NCBI GenBank assembly: GCA_018304175.1
Contig: JAGVWT010000002.1
Location: 564-64,563 of the forward strand
Reading direction: 5' to 3'
From: Candidatus Pacearchaeota archaeon
GTDB lineage: Archaea; Nanobdellota; Nanobdellia; Pacearchaeales; GW2011-AR1
Length of the DNA stretch: 64,000 nt
Positions 43,239 to 52,721 of this stretch are shown here, in pieces (within the stretch, counting starts at the first letter, position 1; each line of letters opens with the position of its first letter). The position numbers and the translations under genes were made by a program. A model generated the notes under the pieces. It had not been told where the DNA came from, ran no database searches, and saw only the letters and a program-made list of their open reading frames with translations.

Positions 43239-46089
43239 CTATCTTACTTACACCTTCATGCATACTTACTCCATAAAGAATGTTTGCGTTTGAAATTATT
43301 TCATCATTATGTGTTATCACAATATACTGTCCTTTCTTCATATATTTCTTTAGTAATTCGGCTAATCTTGCAGAATTTCTCTTATCCAAAGCAGCGTCGA
43401 TTTCGTCTAAAATGTAGAAAGAATATGGCTTGTATTCCTGAATTGCAAAAATTAATGAGAGAGCAACTAAGGTTTGTTCTCCTCCTGAAAGGGAAGTCAC
43501 GTCAAAATATTTTCCATGCCCTGTTTTTACAATAATTCTTATTCCTGATTCGGTCGCAAAAGGCTCTTTTTTGTCTTCAAGTTCAAGGGAAACCATCCCC
43601 TTTGCACTAAGGCTTGAAAAATTTCTTGAAAAGATTTCATTTAATTCGTTTAGAGTTTTCAAAAATGTTCTTTTCTTTTTTGTGTCGATCTCGTTTATTA
43701 TTTTAAGGATTTCTTCTTTTTCTTTTTCAATAATGTCTGATTTTTCCTTTACAGAATCGTAATCCTTTTTAACAGAATCATAAATCTCCAACGAAAGAAG
43801 ATTTACGCTTCCAATGCTGATTAGGATTTGTTTTGCTTTTTCAAGTCGTTCCAATAATTCTTCCCTATTAGATTTTATTATTTCAATTCCTATGAAATCA
43901 GAAAAATCAGTTTCCAGATTCTCAATCTTTGCATTTATCTCTGCTTTTTCTATGTTAAATCTGTTAATTTCCTGTTCGATATTATGGACTAAATTTTGAT
44001 TCTTGACATCATCCATTTCTGTTTCTCGTATTTTTTTCTGATAATCATCTCTTTCAGAAATAAGCTTCTCAAATTTTCTACTCAGTTCTTCTTCCTGTTC
44101 TCTTTTTTCCGACAGCAAATCATCTTTTTCATCAAGGAGTTTTTTATGTTCATTCAAGTCTTCTTTTAATTCTTCTTCTTCCCTAATTGATTGTTTAAAT
44201 GAAATTTTTGCTCTTTCAAGTTCTTTTTGCTTGAACGAGACCTCGGCATTAACATTTTCGTTGCTCCTTATAGAAATTTCCTGCAACTCAATTCTAGAAG
44301 TTTCATACCTTTGTTCAACTGAAGAACTTTCAGCAACTGTCTTCTCAAGCCTGTTGCTGATTCTTTCAAGCTCTTTCAACTCTAAGCTAATTTTTTCAGT
44401 TTTCTCATGCAAAGTTTTCAGCTGATTTTTCTTTTCTCCAACACTCATGAGTTTTATTATATCTGATTCTCTTTTTTGAATTTCCATCTTTAATTGCTCA
44501 ATGTCGTATTCAAACAAACTCTTTTTTTCATTTATCTCAGAAAGTTCTTTATCTGCCTTTTTTATTTCTTCTTCCAAAAAGAGCAACGAATCATCTGCTT
44601 CCTTGTGAATTGCATGAATATGATTTTGAGTAATTTTAGATTTGCAAACAGGACAAATGTCTATTTTTGATATTTTTTGCTTTAAATCCCTGTGTTTGGA
44701 AATTTCATGTTCGTTTCTATAAGATATTTTTTCAAGCTCGGTTTCTCTGTGAATAATCTTCTTCAATGAATCTGCTTTTTCCTCTAGAATTTTTTTCAAT
44801 GAATCAACTTTCTTCCTATCTGTTTTAGAATCAAATATTTCAATAGATAATTGGTTTATCTGGCTTAAGATAAATTCGGATTCTTTTAAATAGTTCTGAA
44901 TTAAATTTTTCTTGTCATTTATTCTTTCTTTTATTGATTTTAATTCTGATTTTATACTGTAGAATTTTTTTACTTCTCCCTGTAACTTCTCAATTTCCCT
45001 CTTCTTTTCTTCAATGTCTCTATGTTTTTGTGTTAATGTCCCCGATGGTGATTTCTGTAAATCCTTTATAGATGATTCATTGTCTTTGATTACTTTTTCA
45101 AGCTCTGATTTTTCCCTCGATATCTCAGAAAGTTTATTTTCATAGTGTTCTATCTTTACACCCATTCCAGACATTTCTGCACGAAGGTTTGCAATTTCTC
45201 TGTTCAAATTATCCTGCTCAAATCCTGTTGACTTCTGAATTGTCAAATTTATAGAATTTATTTTAGATTCGTAGCTTTCTATCTTTGACATTATTTCCGA
45301 AATTATTTTTCTCGTCTTTTCTATTTCCTTTGATTTTTCCGAGACTTCAAAGTTTATTTTCTCGAGCTCTTTTCTTCTTTTAGATAAGTCGCTGAAAATT
45401 ATGCTTGCTTTGAATTTTTTTATCTGCTCTTCAATCTTTTTATACTTCAATGCCTGTTGCCTTTGCTTTTCGAGATTATTTAAGTATGCAGTTCTCTCCC
45501 TTAAAATTGTTTGAATTTCTTTCAGCTTGTTTTCTGTTTTTTCAAGTTCCTTAAGAGATTTTTCTTTTCTTATTTCATAGATTGAAATTCCTGAAACTTC
45601 CTCAATAATTCCGCGTCTCTCGAGAGGAGGCATTCGTACAAAATTCTGAATTTCTCCTTGGAGAATTATATTAAATCCCTGCGAATCTATTCCCGCCTGA
45701 GCAAGCAAAAACAAAACTTCCTGCCGGGTTTTTGTCTCATCGTTTATTTTGTAAATACTCTGGCCGTTTTTTCTTACGATTCTTTTTATTGAAACCTCGT
45801 TGCTGTCTATTGAGAAAACGCTGTCTGAATTGTCAAAAACTAATTCAACAGAAGCTTCTTTTGAGGGACCAACAGATTTAGTTCCTAAAAATATCAAATT
45901 CCCGGATTTCGCTGCCCTTAAGGATTTTGAACTTAATCTTCCTAAAACAAAACAGAGTGCATCTGAAATATTACTTTTTCCGCTTCCGTTAGCACCTATA
46001 ATAACATTTATTTCAGGTGTAAAAGGCAGTTCTGTTTTCCTCGGGAAACTTTTGAAACCGTACATTACCAACTTTTTTATGAATAGCAT
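43222..46089 (-). CDS. SMC-head ATPase with continuous coiled coil and a central CxxC (zinc-hook-like) instead of a hinge
   Basis: Walker A GANGSGKSN, SMC-type QGEIQNFVRMPPLERRGIIEEVSGISIY, signature LSGGEQTLVALSLIFAIQ, Walker B YILDEIDAALD. CPVC at residues 479-482 of 955 (nt 44644..44655). Confidence 0.85.
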   Translation of the reverse strand: MLFIKKLVMYGFKSFPRKTELPFTPEINVIIGANGSGKSNISDALCFVLGRLSSKSLRAAKSGNLIFLGTKSVGPSKEASVELVFDNSDSVFSIDSNEVSIKRIVRKNGQSIYKINDETKTRQEVLFLLAQAGIDSQGFNIILQGEIQNFVRMPPLERRGIIEEVSGISIYEIRKEKSLKELEKTENKLKEIQTILRERTAYLNNLEKQRQQALKYKKIEEQIKKFKASIIFSDLSKRRKELEKINFEVSEKSKEIEKTRKIISEIMSKIESYESKINSINLTIQKSTGFEQDNLNREIANLRAEMSGMGVKIEHYENKLSEISREKSELEKVIKDNESSIKDLQKSPSGTLTQKHRDIEEKKREIEKLQGEVKKFYSIKSELKSIKERINDKKNLIQNYLKESEFILSQINQLSIEIFDSKTDRKKVDSLKKILEEKADSLKKIIHRETELEKISYRNEHEISKHRDLKQKISKIDICPVCKSKITQNHIHAIHKEADDSLLFLEEEIKKADKELSEINEKKSLFEYDIEQLKMEIQKRESDIIKLMSVGEKKNQLKTLHEKTEKISLELKELERISNRLEKTVAESSSVEQRYETSRIELQEISIRSNENVNAEVSFKQKELERAKISFKQSIREEEELKEDLNEHKKLLDEKDDLLSEKREQEEELSRKFEKLISERDDYQKKIRETEMDDVKNQNLVHNIEQEINRFNIEKAEINAKIENLETDFSDFIGIEIIKSNREELLERLEKAKQILISIGSVNLLSLEIYDSVKKDYDSVKEKSDIIEKEKEEILKIINEIDTKKKRTFLKTLNELNEIFSRNFSSLSAKGMVSLELEDKKEPFATESGIRIIVKTGHGKYFDVTSLSGGEQTLVALSLIFAIQEYKPYSFYILDEIDAALDKRNSARLAELLKKYMKKGQYIVITHNDEIISNANILYGVSMHEGVSKIVSLKV

Positions 46090-46129
46090 AATTAAAGAAT
46101 AATTAAGAAGTTTTTAAGATTTGTTAAAA

Positions 46130-46798
46130 TCAAACATTCAACTTTTTTTGCTCGGTTTTTCCTGCAGCGACTTTCCATGTAGCCCAGGATTTTCTGAAAA
46201 TTCCGTGATTGTGATATTTCTTCAAGTTTTTTTTGAGAAACATTATAGTTATTGGGTCTGAACTATAACCACTTCCTATTTCGCTCCCATATTTTTTTCT
46301 GAGATTTGACATTTCTTTTTCTCGAATGTCTTTTGCCATTATAGAAGCTGCTGAAACAGCGATGTGGTTTACATCTGCTTTGTGTTCGCATGAAATTTCT
46401 AGATTTGAGAGATTTTTGACTTTTGATCTTAAGAGCATAGTCCATGCATTGATGTTTGTTGAAGGACAATCAACAACAACTTTTATTTTTTCGAAACCCT
46501 TGTTTATTCTGTTGATTATTTTTGCGCAGGCAAGTGCTTCCACTTTGTTGAGGTTTATTCCGTTTTTTGTTGAAGTGTCTATTTCTTCAGGATGAACAAC
46601 AACGATTTCAAAAGTTATTGCTTTATTCCTAACTGCTTCGGCTAAGAAATCTCTCTTTTTTTCTGAAAGCTGTTTGCTGTCTTTAACTCCGAGTTTTTTT
46701 AATTCTTTTTCTATTTCTTCATTGACTAAAACTCCTGCCAAAACCATTGGTCCTATCACAGGACCTCTACCTGCATCATCAATTCCTAGAATTAACAT
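46130..46798 (-). CDS. rnhB: ribonuclease HII
   Basis: LGIDDAGRGPVIGPMV (catalytic DE), DSKQLS, ASIMAKDIRE, GSGYSSD. Confidence 0.92.
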   Translation of the reverse strand: MLILGIDDAGRGPVIGPMVLAGVLVNEEIEKELKKLGVKDSKQLSEKKRDFLAEAVRNKAITFEIVVVHPEEIDTSTKNGINLNKVEALACAKIINRINKGFEKIKVVVDCPSTNINAWTMLLRSKVKNLSNLEISCEHKADVNHIAVSAASIMAKDIREKEMSNLRKKYGSEIGSGYSSDPITIMFLKKNLKKYHNHGIFRKSWATWKVAAGKTEQKKLNV

Positions 46799-46840
46799 AT
46801 CATTTCAAGAAATTTTTTGTTTTTAAAGATTTCTGTAAAA

Positions 46841-46916
46841 TAGCGGGGGTGGGATTTGAACCACACGACCTCGGGGTTATGGGCCCCGCGAGCACTCCAG
46901 ACTGCTCTACCCCGCT
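46841..46916 (-). tRNA. initiator tRNA-Met (anticodon CAU)
   Basis: A1-U72 acceptor AGCGGGG/CCCCGCT and anticodon arm CGGGG-CCCATAA-CCCCG (three G-C pairs). The T-stem GTG(T)GG/CCCAC needs one bulged U. 76 nt. Confidence 0.82.
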
Positions 46917-46997
46917 TCAGCATTTAAAGAATAGAATCACTTTTAAAGGTTTTTGAATATAAAATCTTAAAAGTAACTTAACCTTACTAAAAATCAA

Positions 46998-47078
46998 GCC
47001 CAGTTCGCATAGTGGTATTGCACGAGATTGCTAATCTCGGCCCTTCGGGGCTCGCAGGTTCGATTCCTGCACTGGGCG
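46998..47078 (+). tRNA. tRNA-Ser (anticodon GCU)
   Basis: GCCCAGT/ACTGGGC acceptor, CGAGA-TTGCTAA-TCTCG anticodon arm, long variable arm GCCC-TTCG-GGGC, GCAGG-TTCGATT-CCTGC T-arm. Confidence 0.85.
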
Positions 47079-47190
47079 TCCAAAATTAAAATGGAGAAAG
47101 AAAATGAGAAAAAACAAATTAAACTGAAAGTTCCTGCTTTGAAATTACAGGAATGGCAACATGAGGCAAATAAGAATATTAAAGAATAAC

Positions 47191-48027
47191 TTATTTACCA
47201 ACATCACTTGTTTTTTCATAGCGAATGTATAGTTTGTCTAAAATGTTCAAGATGTTTTGCCTTTGTTCAGAAGTTCCAAGACCTTTCCAGTCCAAAATCG
47301 CGAAGTCAATTTCGTCTTCTGTTTTCTTGATTGTTTCCTTTATCATTTCTTCTGTCAGTGGAAAAACGTAAGAAGGTATAACATGAGAAATTGCAACATT
47401 AGATTTTAATTGTATGTTGTTGAAGTTCGGGCAATAGTGCGGTCCGCCGATTGCTACTGCATTCTCATTGTAGGAATTTATCTCAAATGAATCAATTGTA
47501 TCTGAAATTGTTTTAGCGACGACAAAACCTGCTCTTCGATCTTCGTATTCTCTTTCAGTTGAGCCAATTTCAATGAACACACATGGCTTATCAATTAAAG
47601 GCCCGTGATGAGTTGCTTCCAAAGTAACAGAATAACTTTTTAGGTTGTACTTTTCTGTATTTTCCTTGAGTTTTTCAAAAAGCTGTTTATTGAACTGGGC
47701 AGAAGTTTTGCACAATTTTCCGGTTTCACCGCCGAATTCAGCGTTTCTGAGATTTCCAGGAGGATGTACAGTTAAGGAAGGCATGTTTTTTTCTGATTTG
47801 TGTTTTGAAGCGAAAATCACAAAATCATATTTATTAATTCTATCCAAGTCCAAGTTTTCAGTATAGAGAATTTCGTCATCAACAAGATAAAAATCAAAAA
47901 ACCTTTCAGGGTTTTTTTGCATTCCTGAAATAACAGGATTTTTCCTGAATTGGGAAAGATGAGTTGTTATATTAACACCAGCCTTATCTTTCTTGCTTGC
48001 GATAATCAGGAATTTTTGATATGTCAT
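47191..48027 (-). CDS. dtdA: D-aminoacyl-tRNA deacylase, archaeal DtdA type
   Basis: LTVHPPGN...GG, TLEATHHGP, FIEIGSTEREYED. These are DtdA family signatures. Confidence 0.85.
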   Translation of the reverse strand: MTYQKFLIIASKKDKAGVNITTHLSQFRKNPVISGMQKNPERFFDFYLVDDEILYTENLDLDRINKYDFVIFASKHKSEKNMPSLTVHPPGNLRNAEFGGETGKLCKTSAQFNKQLFEKLKENTEKYNLKSYSVTLEATHHGPLIDKPCVFIEIGSTEREYEDRRAGFVVAKTISDTIDSFEINSYNENAVAIGGPHYCPNFNNIQLKSNVAISHVIPSYVFPLTEEMIKETIKKTEDEIDFAILDWKGLGTSEQRQNILNILDKLYIRYEKTSDVGK

Positions 48028-48101
48028 AGAAAATTGTGAAGAATAGAGATTTTAAATTTTATTACAATAATCTTTATAAATCAAAAACTTTAACCATAAA
48101 G

Positions 48102-49454
48102 ATGAGGGTGATGATTGTCGACTCTGGTACAAGGGGGCATGTTATTTCTGAAGCTTACGAAAAAAGTGATTTGGTTAACAGCATTGTCGTGGCGGGAATG
48201 GGAAAGAATAATTTTGTTGCATGGAACAGAAAAAAAGAAGTTATCGCAGAGAAAAATTGTTCTGTGAAGTCTCCAGAATCTATTTTAAGGACAGCGAAAA
48301 AGTATATGCCTAATTTAATTGATGTCGCACAGGATAACGCTTTGGCGCTAGGTAGTGTGGATTTGTTGCAAAGTCAAGGATTCAAAGTTTTCGGACCTAG
48401 CAAAAAAGCATCAAGAATTGAATGGGATAAAGCGTGGTCGAGGAATTTCATGAAAAAATTTGGTATACTTCACCCAGAGTTTAAAATTTTCAAATATGAC
48501 GACGTAGTCGATGCAGAGAATGGATATGTCAGCGACATAGATTTTGCCGATATATTGTTGGCAAAAGGCAGAAGCATCTATATAAAAGCTTCTGGATTGT
48601 GTGAAGGAAAGGGCGCGTTAAGGGTAAGATATGAAGAAGATGTAGAAAAAAATATTTTGAAAATGGGGGAGTTTGGCAAAGCTGGAGAAACTTTTCTTGT
48701 TGAGGAAGGTTTGGAAGGGGAAGAATTTTCTTTTTATGCAATTTCTGATGGAATGAATTTCAAGATTTTAGGAGACGCGAAAGATTACAAAAGAGTGTTT
48801 AACAACGATGAAGGAGAGCAAACAGGGGGAATGGGCTCTTATTCTCCAACAGAGATGAGGATATTTTTACATCGTCATAAAAACAATCTTGTTGGAAAAG
48901 TGATTAATGGGCTTGGGAAAAATAATGGGGAAAATCATACATGTGTTGGAAATCCCTTCAGAGGAATATTATATGTCGGGGGAATCATTCCCAATGAAAA
49001 CCACCACAATAATAAACCACATGTCATTGAGTATAACGTGAGATGGGGAGATCCTGAATGTCAGGTTATACTTCCCGGAATAAAAAATTACTTAGAACTT
49101 GTTTTGGCTTCAATTGATGGAAATATTGAAAATATAAAAGTAGAACATAATGGACTAAAAAGAGTTTGTGTTGTAGGAACATCAAAAGGGTATCCTGGAG
49201 ATTATGAAGATGTAAGGGGAAAGAAAATTTTGGGTTTAAGGGAACTTATTGAAAAAGGTTCTGAAGAATTAAAGGTTTACGGAGAAGGGATATATGTTAA
49301 AGATGGGGAATTTTATGCTAACGGCGGCAGATTGTTTAGCATTGTGGGAGAAGGAAAAACAAAAGTGGGAGCAAGAGGAAGAACATACGAAGCGATGGCT
49401 AATGTAAACATTGAAGGAAACAATCTTCATTACAGAAAAGATATTGCTGCTTGA
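48102..49454 (+). CDS. purD: phosphoribosylamine-glycine ligase
   Basis: MRVMIVDSGTRGHV, ATP-grasp, GGMGSYSP, WGDPE. I prefer the ATG at 48102 (TATA-like tctttataaatc ~25 nt upstream) over the listed GTG at 48036. Confidence 0.85.
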   Translation: MRVMIVDSGTRGHVISEAYEKSDLVNSIVVAGMGKNNFVAWNRKKEVIAEKNCSVKSPESILRTAKKYMPNLIDVAQDNALALGSVDLLQSQGFKVFGPSKKASRIEWDKAWSRNFMKKFGILHPEFKIFKYDDVVDAENGYVSDIDFADILLAKGRSIYIKASGLCEGKGALRVRYEEDVEKNILKMGEFGKAGETFLVEEGLEGEEFSFYAISDGMNFKILGDAKDYKRVFNNDEGEQTGGMGSYSPTEMRIFLHRHKNNLVGKVINGLGKNNGENHTCVGNPFRGILYVGGIIPNENHHNNKPHVIEYNVRWGDPECQVILPGIKNYLELVLASIDGNIENIKVEHNGLKRVCVVGTSKGYPGDYEDVRGKKILGLRELIEKGSEELKVYGEGIYVKDGEFYANGGRLFSIVGEGKTKVGARGRTYEAMANVNIEGNNLHYRKDIAA

Positions 49455-49523
49455 AAAGGCAATTTTAAATTTTGTTGAGGTTTGGTTACAAAAAGTTTTT
49501 AAAACACTTATAACACACTAAAA

Positions 49524-49919
49524 TTGATTAAAATGGATAGAAAAAAAGCACCAAGAAAACTAAAACAGTGTTTTGATAAAATATTTGAAGACTATTGTCA
49601 ATCCATTAAAGGGGGAACAGCGATAACTATGTTTGCTCCTGATAACGAGATAAGTAGGTTAGTCCTTAAAGAGTTTGGTAATTATCTTGAGCAAAGAGCT
49701 AATTTTGAAAACTGGGAATATAAACCAGAAAACTTTCAAGTAGTTTACAGTAATCAAATTAGTGACCTCAATAATGAAGTTAGATTATACAACCCTAATG
49801 AGAAAAATGTAGGTTATGAAATGCTTCCAGGAAGCGAAGTACTTTTAAGACTGCCTCAAGAAAGGGCTGACAGAATACGTGATACTTTGGATTGGATTAG
49901 ATTTAATAATGTATCTTAA
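49524..49919 (+). CDS. hypothetical protein
   Basis: 131-aa ORF, no motif. Confidence 0.4.
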   Translation: MIKMDRKKAPRKLKQCFDKIFEDYCQSIKGGTAITMFAPDNEISRLVLKEFGNYLEQRANFENWEYKPENFQVVYSNQISDLNNEVRLYNPNEKNVGYEMLPGSEVLLRLPQERADRIRDTLDWIRFNNVS

Positions 49920-49930
49920 CTAATCACATT

Positions 49931-50182
49931 ATGGAATCAAGTTTTACTTTGTTGATTGGAGGTGTTGTTCTTCTCTTAGGAATTCCCACTGGAGACTTTC
50001 TCGCGAAAATCACAAAAGAAGAACTCGGTGAAAATCAAAAATATCTTAGAATTATAACACTCGTCAGTTTTGTTGGAGCACTTGTTAGTTTAATCCTCGG
50101 AGAAGATATCTTTTTGTTTAGCTTTTTGTTTATATCAATTGTTACGAGTAGAAGTTTGGCTGGAAAGAAAAGTAAGAAATAA
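49931..50182 (+). CDS. small membrane protein
   Basis: 83 aa with 2-3 TM helices. Confidence 0.4.
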   Translation: MESSFTLLIGGVVLLLGIPTGDFLAKITKEELGENQKYLRIITLVSFVGALVSLILGEDIFLFSFLFISIVTSRSLAGKKSKK

Positions 50183-50185
50183 ATT

Positions 50186-50276
50186 GCTCCACTCCGAAGT
50201 CGCTTGTTATTTGCGTGAGAGAAAATTATAATGTGGTCTGATTAGATATCGAGAGATGGCGTGAGTTAAGCGAAGC
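50186..50276. repeat. intergenic palindromic repeat family R, copy H
   Basis: The left arm gctccactccgaagtcgcttgttatttg aligns with the reverse complement of the copy E right arm (gcttcactccaaagtcgctcagttttg). The reverse complement of the right arm, gcttcgcttaactcacgccatctctcgatatc, aligns with 23447..23480. Confidence 0.45.
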
Positions 50277-50488
50277 ATTTTTAAGATATTTGAAAAAGAA
50301 AAATGAAAAAAATAGATGATTATTTATTTCGAAAGATTATTTTTTCTTTTTCTTTCTTTTTTTTGCCATGGCTTCACCTCTTAAGTAATTTGAATAAGGA
50401 ATTTTAGGTTTTATACTTATATTTTCACTAAAGAAGTAATACAAACCATCACAATAATTTTTTTAAATCAAGATTAAGTTGTTGGTTT

Positions 50489-51550
50489 ATGCCTATTGAC
50501 ACACATGTTCATCTAAGAGACGAAGAGCAAAAGCATAAAGAAACAATAAAACATGGTTTAGAAGTTGCTTTTGATTCTGGAGTCCACGCTATTTTCGATA
50601 TGCCTAACACAGCGCGTCCTGTTATCACAAAAGAAAGAATTCTCAATAGATTAAAATTAGCGAAGGATGCAAATGTCCCAGGAGTTTTTTATGGGTTGTA
50701 TCTCGGATTAACAAATGAAGCAGAACAAGTAAAGCAAGCAGTTGATATTTATATGGAAGGAGAATTTTCTCCATATCTCGTCGGCATGAAACTTTATGCA
50801 GGACATTCTGTTGGAAATTTAGGAGTTACAAGAATTGAACAACAAGAAGCTGTTTATGAAACTCTTTCAAATTCAGGGTATAGTGGAGTTTTGGTTGTGC
50901 ATTGTGAAAAGGAATCTTACATAAACAGGGAGAATTTTGATCCTAAAGTAGCAGTAACTCACTGCCATGCTCAACCTGAAAAAGCAGAAATTGAATCTGT
51001 GAAAGACCAGATTAGATTAGCAAGAAAATATAATTTCCCTGGAAAATTACACATTGCACACATTTCATCTCCTATAGCTGTAGGTATAGTCAATAAAACA
51101 AAAAAGGAAGGAATGGATATTTCTTCTGCAATTTGTCCACATCATTTTATTTATGATTGGAGGCAGATGAATGTTCCAAACGGGATTTTTTGGAAAATGA
51201 ATCCTCCGTTAAGAGAATACGAATCAAGGGAAAAAATTTTTAAAATGCTAAGAAATGGGGAAATTGATTGGATAGAAACAGATCACGCTCCTCATACGCT
51301 AGATGAAAAAATAAAATCTCCTTTCATGTCAGGAATTCCTGGGTTGGCATGGTGGCCGTTGTTTATAGAATTTTTGAGTCAAAATAATTTTTCAGGAGAA
51401 CAGATAGAAAGGCTTACTTTTTCAAATGCCGCTGAAAGATTTGGGGTTGAAATCAAAAAAGTAAGAAGAGAAATAAAAGATCGACGCAAAGATTATCCAT
51501 TTGACCCTTACGAAAAAATTGCGCAGGAGTTAGAATGGCCGGCGGGATAG
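50489..51550 (+). CDS. pyrC: dihydroorotase-like amidohydrolase
   Basis: PIDTHVHLRD (HxH), FDMPNT, MKLYAGHS, VVHCE, HIAHISS, ETDHAPH. Confidence 0.8.
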   Translation: MPIDTHVHLRDEEQKHKETIKHGLEVAFDSGVHAIFDMPNTARPVITKERILNRLKLAKDANVPGVFYGLYLGLTNEAEQVKQAVDIYMEGEFSPYLVGMKLYAGHSVGNLGVTRIEQQEAVYETLSNSGYSGVLVVHCEKESYINRENFDPKVAVTHCHAQPEKAEIESVKDQIRLARKYNFPGKLHIAHISSPIAVGIVNKTKKEGMDISSAICPHHFIYDWRQMNVPNGIFWKMNPPLREYESREKIFKMLRNGEIDWIETDHAPHTLDEKIKSPFMSGIPGLAWWPLFIEFLSQNNFSGEQIERLTFSNAAERFGVEIKKVRREIKDRRKDYPFDPYEKIAQELEWPAG

Positions 51551-52680
51551 ATAGTTTGCTTAGAACTGAAGAATTAGTTGGTTTTTTTATAAGAAAACTT
51601 CTCCCTCAAAAAAGTGTTGTTTCACTTTATTCACAAGGAAGAAAAGAATTTCTTGAAGTTTTGAAAAAAGAAACCCCATTATTCACATACAATCCTCCAA
51701 AAGAACTTGAAAGAACTTTGTGGGGTTTGAAATTTAAGACTCCTTTAATGAATGCGGCTGGAATGTTCAAAAATGGGGAATGTTCAAGAATGGTTGAGAT
51801 GCAGGGAGCAGGAGCATATATTGGGGGAACAGGAACATATTCAAAAAGAGCAGGCGTTACTGAAATAGGGATTCATCTACCTTTTGTAACTTACCCAAAA
51901 TCCCATTCAGCGTCAAACAAGCTTGGTTTGAACAACGACGGAGATTCTGTAAATTATCTTAGGGCAGAAAGGATAAAAGAAAACTTAAGAATTCCGATAG
52001 GATGGAGTATTTCATCACCTCCAGAAATAAATGATGAAACAGACAGGCTAAAACTTCTTGTAATGTCTATGATGTTTTACCAACAAAGTGGTGTTGACTT
52101 TTTGGAAATAAATGAAAGTTGCCCAAATACAGAATCTAAAATGCCAGGACAAAATGACTTCTCAAGGAGATTGGAATATGTGAAAGAAAATTTCTTAGGC
52201 AAAAGGGAAAATTTTTTGGGAATAAGAGGAAGAAAACTTCCTGTTGTTGTGAAATTTTCAAATGATACAAGGATTGAACAGTTGCCGATGATTATGGATT
52301 TGTTATTTGAAAATGGATTTGATGGAGTGAATTTTGGTAATGCTTCATCAAACTACAGTTTAATGAGAGAGTCAATACATCCAAGCGAAAGAAAGCTTTA
52401 CGATTTTTACACTTCAACTTTTGGAGGGGGAGTAAGCGGCAAGCCATTAAAAGAGAAATCTCTCGAGCTTTCTGCAAGGGCTGTTAAATATTTGAAGGGA
52501 GGAAAACCATCTCAAGAATTTCATGTCATAAGGACTGGAGGAATTGAAACCCCGAAAGATTTGAAAGAATCACTTGAGACAGGAGTTTCTTTATGCCAAT
52601 GGTATACAGGATATATGACAAGATTCAGAAAAGATGGGCATGATGTTTATAAGAGGTTTTTTGAAGAGTTTGGTAAGTAA
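51535..52680 (+). CDS. pyrD: dihydroorotate dehydrogenase-like protein
   Basis: LMNAAGMFKNGE, FLEINESCPNT, VVVKFSND, SGKPLKEKSL, IRTGGIETPKD. Overlaps pyrC by 16 nt. Confidence 0.75.
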   Translation: MAGGIDSLLRTEELVGFFIRKLLPQKSVVSLYSQGRKEFLEVLKKETPLFTYNPPKELERTLWGLKFKTPLMNAAGMFKNGECSRMVEMQGAGAYIGGTGTYSKRAGVTEIGIHLPFVTYPKSHSASNKLGLNNDGDSVNYLRAERIKENLRIPIGWSISSPPEINDETDRLKLLVMSMMFYQQSGVDFLEINESCPNTESKMPGQNDFSRRLEYVKENFLGKRENFLGIRGRKLPVVVKFSNDTRIEQLPMIMDLLFENGFDGVNFGNASSNYSLMRESIHPSERKLYDFYTSTFGGGVSGKPLKEKSLELSARAVKYLKGGKPSQEFHVIRTGGIETPKDLKESLETGVSLCQWYTGYMTRFRKDGHDVYKRFFEEFGK

Positions 52681-52721
52681 AACATCAAAGTAAGGTTTAT
52701 ATAAAAAGATTTTCTGGTTTT

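Noticed and set aside
43284-46102. Series of + strand ORFs (43284, 43571, 43814, 44231, 45800) antisense to the SMC-like gene. Similar shadow ORFs occur inside thrS (4779, 5806), trpS (6583, 6830, 6931, 7335), the receptor gene (8009-9329), ppsA, pheS/pheT, dnaG, ileS and argS.
   Set aside because: They lie entirely within long, motif-supported genes on the other strand. Their products are low-complexity (F/L/S/I-rich), as expected from antisense reading of K/E-rich AT-biased codons.
50318-50375. Tiny minus-strand ORF MAKKRKKKKK, considered as a possible L41e-like ribosomal peptide.
   Set aside because: It has only 10 codons in a poly-A/T tract. It is far shorter than L41e and indistinguishable from chance.
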